Shown here: one piece after another, positions 56,100 through 64,000 of the stretch
How positions within the stretch are numbered: the first letter of the stretch is position 1
How the letters are laid out: every line of letters starts with the position of its first letter
Assembly: GCA_040219255.1 (NCBI GenBank)
Contig: JAVJSW010000060.1
Location: 192,001-256,000, forward strand
Source of the DNA: Sumerlaeia bacterium
Lineage (GTDB): Bacteria > Sumerlaeota > Sumerlaeia > SLMS01 > JAHLLQ01
Direction of reading: 5' to 3'
DNA: 64,000 nt
Notes under the pieces: generated by a model
Database searches by the model: none
Told to the model about the DNA's origin: nothing
What the model saw: the letters and a program-made list of their open reading frames with translations, nothing else
Position numbers and translations under genes: made by a program

Positions 56100-58226
56100 A
56101 TGGCCGCAACCCGGTTCGTTCTCCCCCCATTCTCCCGGCTCCTACTGCCCGGCCTTCTGCTCTTGCCTGCCGGCCTTGAGGCCAGTGCCCCGCCGTCCAC
56201 CTGCGCCGACCCGCTCGAACGCATCGAACTGCTCAGCCTGATGCCGGACATGACCCAGATGTTCCCGGTCATCCTCGCCGAGGTCACCGTCAAGACCTTC
56301 CACGGCGCCACCTGCCAACTGGGCCTCAATGATTTCGCCCTCGTCGAAGACGGGGTCGAACAACAGGTCGACTCCGTGATCTGCCATTCCGAAGGCAGCC
56401 CCTTCGCCGACGTGGTGTTCCTGTTCGACGACAGCGCCAGCATGCTGGACGAACTGGCTCAGTTGCAGGCCGCAATGATGTCCATCACCGCGACGATCTC
56501 AGGCTTCTATCCTCAGACTCGGTACGGCCTGATGACCTATGCCGACGGATTTCTCGTCGTGTCCGAAATGACCGACGATCAGCAGGCTTTCACTGACGCG
56601 GTCAGCACCATCGTGCCCGAGGGCGCTGACGAACCGGCGTTCGACGGCCTGATTTCCGCCCGCAACTCGTTCCGCTTTCGCGAGGCTTCGGCGCGCCTCT
56701 TCGTTCTCATCACGGACGAATTATCCAACGGCGACGAGGCCGGCCGCGACGTGGCGGCGGAAACGATCCGCGCCTTCGGGGGCAAGGTCATCGCCGTCTC
56801 GCCCGCCTTCGACGGCCTTTTTCCCAGTCAGGCTGCGCGAGATGTGCGGCCCCTGGCAACAGCTACCGGAGGCGTTTGGACCAATATCGAGCAGACGGAC
56901 CTGAGGGCTTTGGCGGACGTTATTCTTTCCGAGATCAACGCGCGCTACGAAATCCGCTACACCACCACCAACCGGATGGCGATGGGCGAACTGCGCCATG
57001 TCTGCATCACGGCCTTGGACCCGCAGGCGGGGCCCCTGCCGGTCTTCGGGAACTATCACGCTCCCGGCATGGGCGGCACGGACTTCTCCATAGCCGAGCC
57101 CGCCCTCACATGGGAAGCAAAGCAAACCACACCAGCGCTGAAGGTCGACGGAAGCCCGGCCCGCTTCGACTTCACCAACCACGCCGAGGGCTGGACCTTC
57201 GCCGCGCCGGAGGCCTTTACCGCACCAGAACCCCAAAGCCGCCCCGGAGCCATCGGCATGAAGGCCAGGGACAACACCAAGACCTTCGGATTCTGGGAAT
57301 CCCCCATGCTCCACGTTCTCACCTATTTGGGCGACCTGCGCCGCGGCGAAGTTCCTCTGAGCGGTTCTCTCGCCAAAGAGAACCTCTACCGGGCGCGGTT
57401 CAAGGTCATGAACCCGGGCGGGAATTTCTCGACCGCGCCCACGATTCGCCTGCGGACTTCGACTGCCGATTTCCAGCGCAGCGATATGCTGATTTCCACC
57501 TCGGTGCATAACGCCGGATTCTCTCCCACCCGCAGCGGAATGCTCTACGATCACTTCTTCACCCAGCCCGAAGGCAGCCCGCGTATCCGTCTCGATTTCG
57601 ACATGTTGAACGCCGATCCCTCGGACGATCCCAACGCCACGCTGGAACTCGACTCCGTCGAGGTCGTGGGCGTGCCGCTGGAGTCGCTGAGCGGTGCGCG
57701 GCTCGAAGGCGAATGGGACTTCACCGAGGGTCAACTCCATCGATGGAGCCTCGCCGGAACTCAGGCCTTTGCCCAACCAGCCGGCACACGAGGAATCGAG
57801 GGCCTGACGCTTCGGGGCCGAGATGTTTCCGGCGAAGGCGGCGTGCTCTTCGGCTGGTGGGGATCGACCCTCGGCGGCGACGCCGTGACGCTCGAAGCGA
57901 ACCGCCTCTACCGCGTGCGCTTCACCGTCGGCAGCACCGCCCGCCCCGGCGAAGTCTGGACCGTTCCCACCTTCCGCCTGCGACTCAACGACAGCTCCTA
58001 CATGTCGTCGCTCTGCGTGAATATCGAGAGCGTGGACTTCGACTCGAATATCCCGACCGCCGGAAATCCCGTCATTTACGATGCCTGGTTCCACGCGCCA
58101 TGGGAACTGACGGGTCAGAAGCTGATCTTCTCGCTGGATGTGCTGCACGCCACGGGCGATGGCAACGACCCCAACCATGTGCTGGCCCTGCGCGGGCTCC
58201 AGGTCGTTTCCTACGACAAGCCGTGA
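56100..58226 (+). CDS. Secreted VWA-domain protein with duplicated C-terminal beta-rich module
   Basis: Signal peptide; MIDAS DDSASM, LITDE, LATATGG; two similar C-terminal repeats. Confidence 0.8.
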   Translation: MAATRFVLPPFSRLLLPGLLLLPAGLEASAPPSTCADPLERIELLSLMPDMTQMFPVILAEVTVKTFHGATCQLGLNDFALVEDGVEQQVDSVICHSEGSPFADVVFLFDDSASMLDELAQLQAAMMSITATISGFYPQTRYGLMTYADGFLVVSEMTDDQQAFTDAVSTIVPEGADEPAFDGLISARNSFRFREASARLFVLITDELSNGDEAGRDVAAETIRAFGGKVIAVSPAFDGLFPSQAARDVRPLATATGGVWTNIEQTDLRALADVILSEINARYEIRYTTTNRMAMGELRHVCITALDPQAGPLPVFGNYHAPGMGGTDFSIAEPALTWEAKQTTPALKVDGSPARFDFTNHAEGWTFAAPEAFTAPEPQSRPGAIGMKARDNTKTFGFWESPMLHVLTYLGDLRRGEVPLSGSLAKENLYRARFKVMNPGGNFSTAPTIRLRTSTADFQRSDMLISTSVHNAGFSPTRSGMLYDHFFTQPEGSPRIRLDFDMLNADPSDDPNATLELDSVEVVGVPLESLSGARLEGEWDFTEGQLHRWSLAGTQAFAQPAGTRGIEGLTLRGRDVSGEGGVLFGWWGSTLGGDAVTLEANRLYRVRFTVGSTARPGEVWTVPTFRLRLNDSSYMSSLCVNIESVDFDSNIPTAGNPVIYDAWFHAPWELTGQKLIFSLDVLHATGDGNDPNHVLALRGLQVVSYDKP

Positions 58227-58237
58227 CGCCGGCCTGC

Positions 58238-58669
58238 TCAGCCGTTCGACAGGCTCGCCTTCAACTCGATGTCCACCGCCGACAGCGCCTTCGACACCGG
58301 ACAACCGGTCTTGGTGCCGTCGGCGATTTCCTGGAACTTTTCGGCCGAAATTTCCGGCACCACAGCGCGGCATTCGAGGACGATCTTCGTGATGGCGAAG
58401 CCGCCCTCGACCTGCTCCAGATGAACGTTGGCGCTGGTCTCGACGCTTTTGGGGGTGAAGCCGTTCTTGCCGAGCCCGGCCGACAGGGCCATCGAGAAAC
58501 AACCCGCGTGGGCGGCGGCGATCAATTCCTCGGGGTTAGTGCCCTCGCCGTTTTCAAAGCGGGACTTGAAGGTGAACGGGCCTTCGTAGGCGCCGCTCTC
58601 CATCTTCATCGTGCCGTTGCCTTCTTTCAGGGTGCCGTTCCATAGGGCGTTGGCGGTGCGAATAGCCAT
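58238..58669 (-). CDS. osmC: OsmC peroxiredoxin
   Basis: WNGTLKEGNG, GTNPEELIAAAHAGCFSMAL, CPVSKAL. Confidence 0.95.
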   Translation of the reverse strand: MAIRTANALWNGTLKEGNGTMKMESGAYEGPFTFKSRFENGEGTNPEELIAAAHAGCFSMALSAGLGKNGFTPKSVETSANVHLEQVEGGFAITKIVLECRAVVPEISAEKFQEIADGTKTGCPVSKALSAVDIELKASLSNG

Positions 58670-58747
58670 GATTTCTTGCCTTTCCAAGAGTTGGAAAAGC
58701 GGAAAGCCAAAGCCAAGCCAACCGCGCTGCCTCGTGTCGCCCGGCTG

Positions 58748-59983
58748 CTACAAAATCACCAGCGCGAAGGCCGCGAAGAGCAGCAGCAGCATAACCGCCG
58801 AAATCGCGATAATCAGAGCCGGGGTGTAGGAAATGTCCGAACCATCACCGGGGCCGAGACCGAGCGCCACCGGCGTGGGGGTGGCCTGGGGATGAGGAGC
58901 CAGCGGCGCCATCGTGTCGGGGCGCGTCGCGTTCGTCTCGCGCGACTCCCGGCTTCTGGCTTTCGGGGGTTGGAGGAATGCGGGGCTGAGGGAAGCGGCC
59001 CGGATGATTTCCTCCGGCGTGATGCCCACCGATTCCTTGCGAGCTTCGCGCTTGAGCGCCCGCGCGAAGGCCCGGATGCTGGTGTAGCGGTCCTCCGGCC
59101 GCCACGCGAGCGCCCGCGCCAGAATCGCCTGCACGTCCTCTGTCATGCCCGGATGGCGCATCCGGCCGCCCAGCCCGGAACCGCCGCGCGGCAGCGATCC
59201 CGTCAGCATTTCGTACACGATCACCCCCAGGCTGTATTGATCCGCTGCCGTGGTCACGCAACTGCCGTCGCGATGCTGTTCCGGCGCCACATAATCCGGC
59301 GTGCCGATCAGCGCGCCGAAATCCGTCATGTCGCCAAGTTGCGTCACCAGGTTCGCCACGCCAAAATCGGTGACCATGACGCGGCCGTCGGGGCTCAGGA
59401 GGATGTTCGCCGGCTTCAGGTCGCGATGCACCAGGCCGATGTCATGGCAAGTCTGGACCGCCTCGGCCACCGGCCGGACCACCGCGGCGGCCTCGCCCAG
59501 CGTCACCATCCGCGCCGTCGACAGGCGATCTTTCAAGGTGCAGCCCGGGATGTACTCCGTCACCAGATACTCCAGACCCCCGGAGCGCCCCCGATCCAGC
59601 ACCGGCACAATCCCCGGGTGCGAGAGCGACGCCATCAGGTTCGCTTCGTGATCGAAGCGCTCGACCAGTTCCGGGTGCTCGGCGCACTCGGGAGGCAGGA
59701 CCTTGATGGCCACGACCCGCCCGTCGAAGGAGCGCACCGCGCTGTACACGATCCCCATACCGCCTTTGCCAAGGACGCCCAGGAGTTCGTAATTCGCCGG
59801 CCGGAACGTCTGCGCCAGCTTCATCGCCGAATCGTTGGCGGTCAGAATCTCATCCTTGCGATGAAGCAGAAAGGGCGTCTTGCAGTGCTCGCAGGTCATG
59901 ACCGGGAGGGGGGTCTTGGACTCGCGCAAGGTCGAAGCGGTAAGTGGCTCGGAGCAAAGGGGGCACTTGAGCGGTTGAGGCAT
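58748..59983 (-). CDS. Ser/Thr protein kinase with N-terminal zinc ribbon and C-terminal TM
   Basis: CPLC...CEHC; GKGGMG, VAIK, HRDLKPAN, DFG, GTPDYVAPEQ; hydrophobic C-terminus. Confidence 0.9.
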   Translation of the reverse strand: MPQPLKCPLCSEPLTASTLRESKTPLPVMTCEHCKTPFLLHRKDEILTANDSAMKLAQTFRPANYELLGVLGKGGMGIVYSAVRSFDGRVVAIKVLPPECAEHPELVERFDHEANLMASLSHPGIVPVLDRGRSGGLEYLVTEYIPGCTLKDRLSTARMVTLGEAAAVVRPVAEAVQTCHDIGLVHRDLKPANILLSPDGRVMVTDFGVANLVTQLGDMTDFGALIGTPDYVAPEQHRDGSCVTTAADQYSLGVIVYEMLTGSLPRGGSGLGGRMRHPGMTEDVQAILARALAWRPEDRYTSIRAFARALKREARKESVGITPEEIIRAASLSPAFLQPPKARSRESRETNATRPDTMAPLAPHPQATPTPVALGLGPGDGSDISYTPALIIAISAVMLLLLFAAFALVIL

Positions 59984-60295
59984 GGCGGCGCGGAATCGAA
60001 CCCGGCGAGATGAGCGGGGGAAAGAGTCAGGAGGCCATTTGGATCATCTCGTGTAAAGGGAGAATCACTGAGCGGAGAGGGCTTGATGGCATTCGATCCT
60101 TCGATGAGTCCCGGCAACTCAGCCGGCCGCACAGAAAAGTTTGATGCTATTGAAGTTAACCAGCCGCCTCGGGAGAGCCGATCCCTGACCGGCGAGGCGG
60201 AACCGGCAGACCATTCTCGCTCCCGAAGTCCGGTCCCTGATCCTTCAGGAAAATCCGCCTGGGAGGGAAGGTGGTAGGCGCGGAGAGTTTTCGGA

Positions 60296-60444
60296 CACAG
60301 ATGACGCGGATCGGCACAGATGAAATGGACCGAGGGAGCAGACCCATCTGATAAGCCATGCTCGAGAGACTCCTGCTCAAGACGACCATCGTCCCGCGAA
60401 ACCGCCCGCACCTCATCATCAGCGCTATCCGCGTTGATCCGTGG
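60296..60444. repeat. Non-coding element bounded by inverted repeats (CACAGAT family)
   Basis: Left cacagatgacgcggatcggcacagatga; reverse complement of right arm ccacggatcaacgcggatagcgctgatga. Confidence 0.7.
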
Positions 60445-60505
60445 AAAAAAATTTGAGAATGACCAAGAATGACCCCGCTCTTCCTTTCTGCGAAATTTCA
60501 GTTCT

Positions 60506-60809
60506 TCACCACAGGGGGCACAGAGGAGTGAGGTTTCACGGAGAGGAATCAAAGCGGGTAGTGGGAATGGATGGCCCGTGGAACCAAGTCCATAGAAACA
60601 AACGATCTGTCAATCCGCTCTCAAAATCTTTTTCCTGCAATCGCTAAAAAGTAGCGGCGATTTTGGAGTCATGTCTCATTGTTCAACTCTGTTTCAAGAG
60701 AACAGGCTGCAATATACCAGTCATCCGGCCAGGACTCGGGGCATGCTGATCGTTCCGGCCAACTACAAAGGCACCAATCATCTCTGCGTTCTCCGCGCCT
60801 CTTCGGTGA
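60506..60809. repeat. Non-coding element bounded by imperfect inverted repeats (CACAGAG family)
   Basis: Left tcaccacagggggcacagagg; reverse complement of right arm tcaccgaagaggcgcggagaacgcagaga; AT-richer interior. Confidence 0.55.
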
Positions 60810-60926
60810 TTTCATGAAGAATCAGGGCGCCGCCGCCTTCGTGATCGATGGCAGCCAGCCCGAAATCCAGAGTCAGGAAGCTCCGGATTTCATCGTGCGA
60901 TTCATGTCGTCCTGGCGGGAGGCGCC

Positions 60927-61601
60927 TTATCCTGGCTGGCCCATGCGGCTGATGAAGTCGTTGGCTTCCGCGATGCTCTGATTCATCTCTTCGATCAGAG
61001 TCGCGATGTCTTGCTCGAGGATGTTGACCTCGCCCTGGAGCGACGCGATGGCCTGGGCGTTGAGGTTGTGCTTGAGGTAGAGCACCTGATCGCGGAAGGC
61101 GTCGAGGATCGGGTACATCTTCTGCTCCGCTTGGCGCATGGTGCGGATCAGTTGGTCGGCCTGGACGCGGGTTTCGCGAAGCTTGCGCTCGCTGTCGGCG
61201 CGCAGCCGGGGGCTCGTGTACTGCTCCAACTCCTGCTCCCACTCGCGGAAAAGGTCTTCCGAGACTTCTTCGATGGAATCGATGCGCTCGCGCACTTCCT
61301 GGGCGCGGGCTTCGCTCCGCTCGAAGTCGGTGTTCAGCTTCTCATACTTGCCGGCGAGGTTCGAGTCCTCCATGGCGACGATGCTGCGGAATCGATCCAG
61401 GGCGCTTTGGAACTGCTCCTTGGCGTCTTCCTGGCTGTCGCGGGCCTTTTCGACCCGGTTGACCAGGATATCGCGTTTCTCCTGACCCCAGGTTTCCATC
61501 CAGTTGTAATACATTCGTGAGCAGCCGCCGAGCGCCACCGGCGCCCCCGCCAGAGCGAGCACCACGGCCGCCATCTTGATCCAGCGCATGAAATCGTTCA
61601 T
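60927..61601 (-). CDS. DUF2959-like lipoprotein
   Basis: Lipobox LGGC; EKRDILVNRVEKARDSQEDAKEQFQSAL; DQVLYLKHNLNAQAIASL. Confidence 0.85.
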   Translation of the reverse strand: MNDFMRWIKMAAVVLALAGAPVALGGCSRMYYNWMETWGQEKRDILVNRVEKARDSQEDAKEQFQSALDRFRSIVAMEDSNLAGKYEKLNTDFERSEARAQEVRERIDSIEEVSEDLFREWEQELEQYTSPRLRADSERKLRETRVQADQLIRTMRQAEQKMYPILDAFRDQVLYLKHNLNAQAIASLQGEVNILEQDIATLIEEMNQSIAEANDFISRMGQPG

Positions 61602-61862
61602 CGGGTCGTAAGCCTTCCTCAGGTCATTCGGTATGGCGCGCTTCCCATGGCAAGAGCCGCGCCTGTTGTCTCTTGCGACAGATAAGGGCCCGGAGAAGTT
61701 CCCACCGGCGGTCTGGCGTTGTGCCTTTTTTCCCGCCCCGGCCAATCTCGCTGGCTTTCTGGACTTGTGCCAAGGGCGGCGCAAGGCCTACCCCAAGGAA
61801 GATCGTTCGCACAACGCGAAAGCCCTCCCGCTCCATCTCTCTCCCGCGAGGACCTCTGGCCC

Positions 61863-62435
61863 ATGCGCATCGGCATTTTTGGCGGCACCTTCGATCCGCC
61901 GCACAATTCGCACCTGATGGCGTGCCTGTGGGCGCTGAACACCGGCGAGGTGGACCGCGTCCTGATGATTCCGACGGCGCGCCACGCCTTCGGCAAGGAG
62001 CCCGCCGCTCCCTTTGCCCACCGGTTGGCGATGTGCGCCGCCGCGGCCCAGGTCTTCGCCCCCGGCCGCATCGAAATCAGCGACATCGAAGGGCGCCGCG
62101 AAGGCACCTCCTACATGGTCGATACGGTCGAGCAGCTTCTCGGCGAGCGCCCGGGCGAACAGTTCCGCCTGATCGTGGGCAGCGACATCATCGATTCGCT
62201 GCCGAAATGGCGGGCCGCGGACCGGCTGACGGATATGGCCCCGGTGTTGGAAGTGCCCCGCATCTCTGCCACCGATCCGAACCAGAGCAAATACAAGGAG
62301 TTTCTCGGCGCGGTGCCCATGCTGTCCTCCACGGAAGTGCGCCAGCGCCTCGCCCAGGGCGGCGACGTGCGCGGCCTGATCCCGGCGCCGGTGGTCGAGT
62401 ATATCCGGGCCCACGGATTGTACTCGGCTGCGTGA
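61863..62435 (+). CDS. nadD: Nicotinate-nucleotide adenylyltransferase
   Basis: IGIFGGTFDPPHNSH, SYMVDT, LIVGSD, LSSTEVR. Confidence 0.92.
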   Translation: MRIGIFGGTFDPPHNSHLMACLWALNTGEVDRVLMIPTARHAFGKEPAAPFAHRLAMCAAAAQVFAPGRIEISDIEGRREGTSYMVDTVEQLLGERPGEQFRLIVGSDIIDSLPKWRAADRLTDMAPVLEVPRISATDPNQSKYKEFLGAVPMLSSTEVRQRLAQGGDVRGLIPAPVVEYIRAHGLYSAA

Positions 62436-62456
62436 CAGAGGCGTGCCCCCGCCCCC

Positions 62457-63560
62457 TTATGCCACCGTCACGTCCTTGCAGAGGTACACGTCCTGGATGG
62501 CGTGCAGGAGTTTGACGCCTTCGCCGAAGGGGCGCTGGAAGGCTTTTCGCCCGCTGATGAGGCCCATGCCGCCGGCGCGCTTGTTGATGACGGCGGTGCG
62601 GACGGCCTGGGCGAAGTCGTTGTCGCCGCTGGCGCCGCCGCTGTTGATCAGGCCCGCCTTGCCCATGTAACAGTTCGCCACCTGATACCGGCACAGGTCG
62701 ATGGGGTGGTCGCTGGCCAGTTCGCTGTAGATGCGCTTGTCGAACTTGCCATAGCTACTGTCGCCCATGTTGAGCGCCTGATAGCCGCCGTTGTTCTCCG
62801 GCAGCTTCTGCTTGATGATATCCGCCTGGATGGTCACGCCCAGGTGGTTGGCCTGGCCCGTCAGGTCGGCGGACACATGGTAGTCGGTGCCGTTCTGCTT
62901 GAAGGCGCCGTTGCGCAAATAACACCACAGGATAGTCGCCAGGCCCAGCTCGTGGGCGCGGTGAAAGGCCTCGCTGACTTCGATGATCTGGCGGCTGGCG
63001 GTTTCGCTGCCGAAGTAGATCGTCGCGCCCACCGCCACGGCGCCCATGTCGAAGGCTTGCTCGACATTGCCGAACATGATCTGATCGTATTGGTTCGGAT
63101 AGGTCAGCAGTTCGTTGTGGTTGAGCTTCACGATGAACGGAATGCGGTGGGCGTACTTGCGCGCCACCGAGCCGAGAACACCGAGCGTGGAGGCCACGCC
63201 GTTGCAGCCGCCCTCGATGGCGAGCTTCACGATGTTCTCGCCGTCGAAATACATCGGATTTTTGGCGAAGCTGGCGCCGGCGCTGTGCTCGATGCCCTGG
63301 TCCACTGGCAGGATCGACACGAAGCCGGTGTTGGCCAGCCGGCCGTGGCCGAGGAGTTGCTGCAGGCTGCGAAGCACCGGCGTCGGGCGGTCGCTCAGGG
63401 CGTAGGATTGATCCACGTAGTCGGGCCCGGGGAGGGTCAGGTGCTCTTTGGAAATCGTCTCGCACTTGTGGTTGAGCAGCGAGTCGGCCTCGCGGCCGAG
63501 CACGTCGGAAATGCGCCCGATATCGAGCACGTCCATCGGTTGGTCTGCCAAAGCGGTCAT
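62457..63560 (-). CDS. fbaB: Class I fructose-bisphosphate aldolase
   Basis: [52 protein letters not shown]. Confidence 0.96.
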   Translation of the reverse strand: MTALADQPMDVLDIGRISDVLGREADSLLNHKCETISKEHLTLPGPDYVDQSYALSDRPTPVLRSLQQLLGHGRLANTGFVSILPVDQGIEHSAGASFAKNPMYFDGENIVKLAIEGGCNGVASTLGVLGSVARKYAHRIPFIVKLNHNELLTYPNQYDQIMFGNVEQAFDMGAVAVGATIYFGSETASRQIIEVSEAFHRAHELGLATILWCYLRNGAFKQNGTDYHVSADLTGQANHLGVTIQADIIKQKLPENNGGYQALNMGDSSYGKFDKRIYSELASDHPIDLCRYQVANCYMGKAGLINSGGASGDNDFAQAVRTAVINKRAGGMGLISGRKAFQRPFGEGVKLLHAIQDVYLCKDVTVA

Positions 63561-63699
63561 GGGGGGACTCCTTCGCGGGAATGGATGCGGGGCGAACCCG
63601 CGTTCCGGAACGCGGCGCAAGGGCCGCGCCACATCACGGAAGGAAGAGTAGCAAAGGGGACGGAGAAAGGCAACCCGAGGTGGAACATCCAGGAAATTG

Positions 63700-63886
63700 G
63701 CCACAGATGAACACGGATAGGCTCAGATAATTCTCGAGGAAGTGTGGCTCGGGAGAGACTGATTTCGCATGAAAGAAGAGATTTGGGGCAGGGTCCTCAA
63801 AGCCAACCATGCACCAAAGGAGGGGATCGAGAGATTACTCCCACGCCCACTCCCCCATCATCTGCGCCATCGGCGTCATCTGTGGC
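63700..63886. repeat. Non-coding element bounded by inverted repeats (CACAGAT family)
   Basis: Left gccacagatgaacacggataggctcagat; reverse complement of right arm gccacagatgacgccgatggcgcagat. Confidence 0.75.
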
Positions 63887-63901
63887 TAAAACCAAACAGC
63901 A

Positions 63902-64000
63902 TCAGTCCCGGTAGCGCTTCAGCAAATCGCCATACAGATCGATGCGGCGGTCGCGGAAGAAGGGCCAGGCGCGGCGGACGCGGTCCACGTTGGCGGTGTC
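63902..64000 (-). CDS. 3' end of a carbon-nitrogen hydrolase (N-carbamoylputrescine amidase/beta-ureidopropionase-like), truncated by window edge
   Basis: Translates DTANVDRVRRAWPFFRDRRIDLYGDLLKRYRD*; WPFFRDRR is typical of this family's C-terminus. Confidence 0.75.
   Translation of the reverse strand, partial: DTANVDRVRRAWPFFRDRRIDLYGDLLKRYRD

Noticed and set aside
59896-61242. Small ORFs in the 60-61 kb gap (59896..60552, 60441..60647, 60679..60981, 60778..61242)
   Set aside because: Their peptides (HRGHRG, FICADPRHLC, RRTQR) are translations of repeat arms or overlaps with real genes, without coding motifs.

Overview
GC-rich bacterial chromosomal window with about 52 supportable protein genes. 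No rRNA, tRNA, CRISPR array or transposase was seen. Housekeeping genes are scattered singly (dacB, clpS, proA, purL, hisF, zapA, cysE, lptB, osmC, nadD, fbaB) alongside a feoA-feoA-feoB operon. The window also has a PilH/PilI/PilG-like ABC module, two ECF sigma factors, two Ser/Thr kinases, a ParDE toxin-antitoxin pair and many large modular secreted proteins. Main signals: (1) five unrelated signal-peptide proteins end in a similar short tail, four of them with a Trp 4-5 residues from the end, a candidate lineage-specific sorting signal; (2) a family of non-coding elements of about 150-300 bp bounded by periodic CACAGAG/CACAGAT inverted repeats; (3) GTAG-type REP-like repeats; (4) a beta-propeller plus ubiquitin-like (GG-ending) gene pair and an HSP90-like ATPase plus helical-partner pair; (5) an AT-rich islet with apparent tandem paralogues. 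The features suggest a diderm lineage such as Ca. Sumerlaeota/BRC1, which is an unverified inference. All calls come from motif reading by eye; no searches were run.
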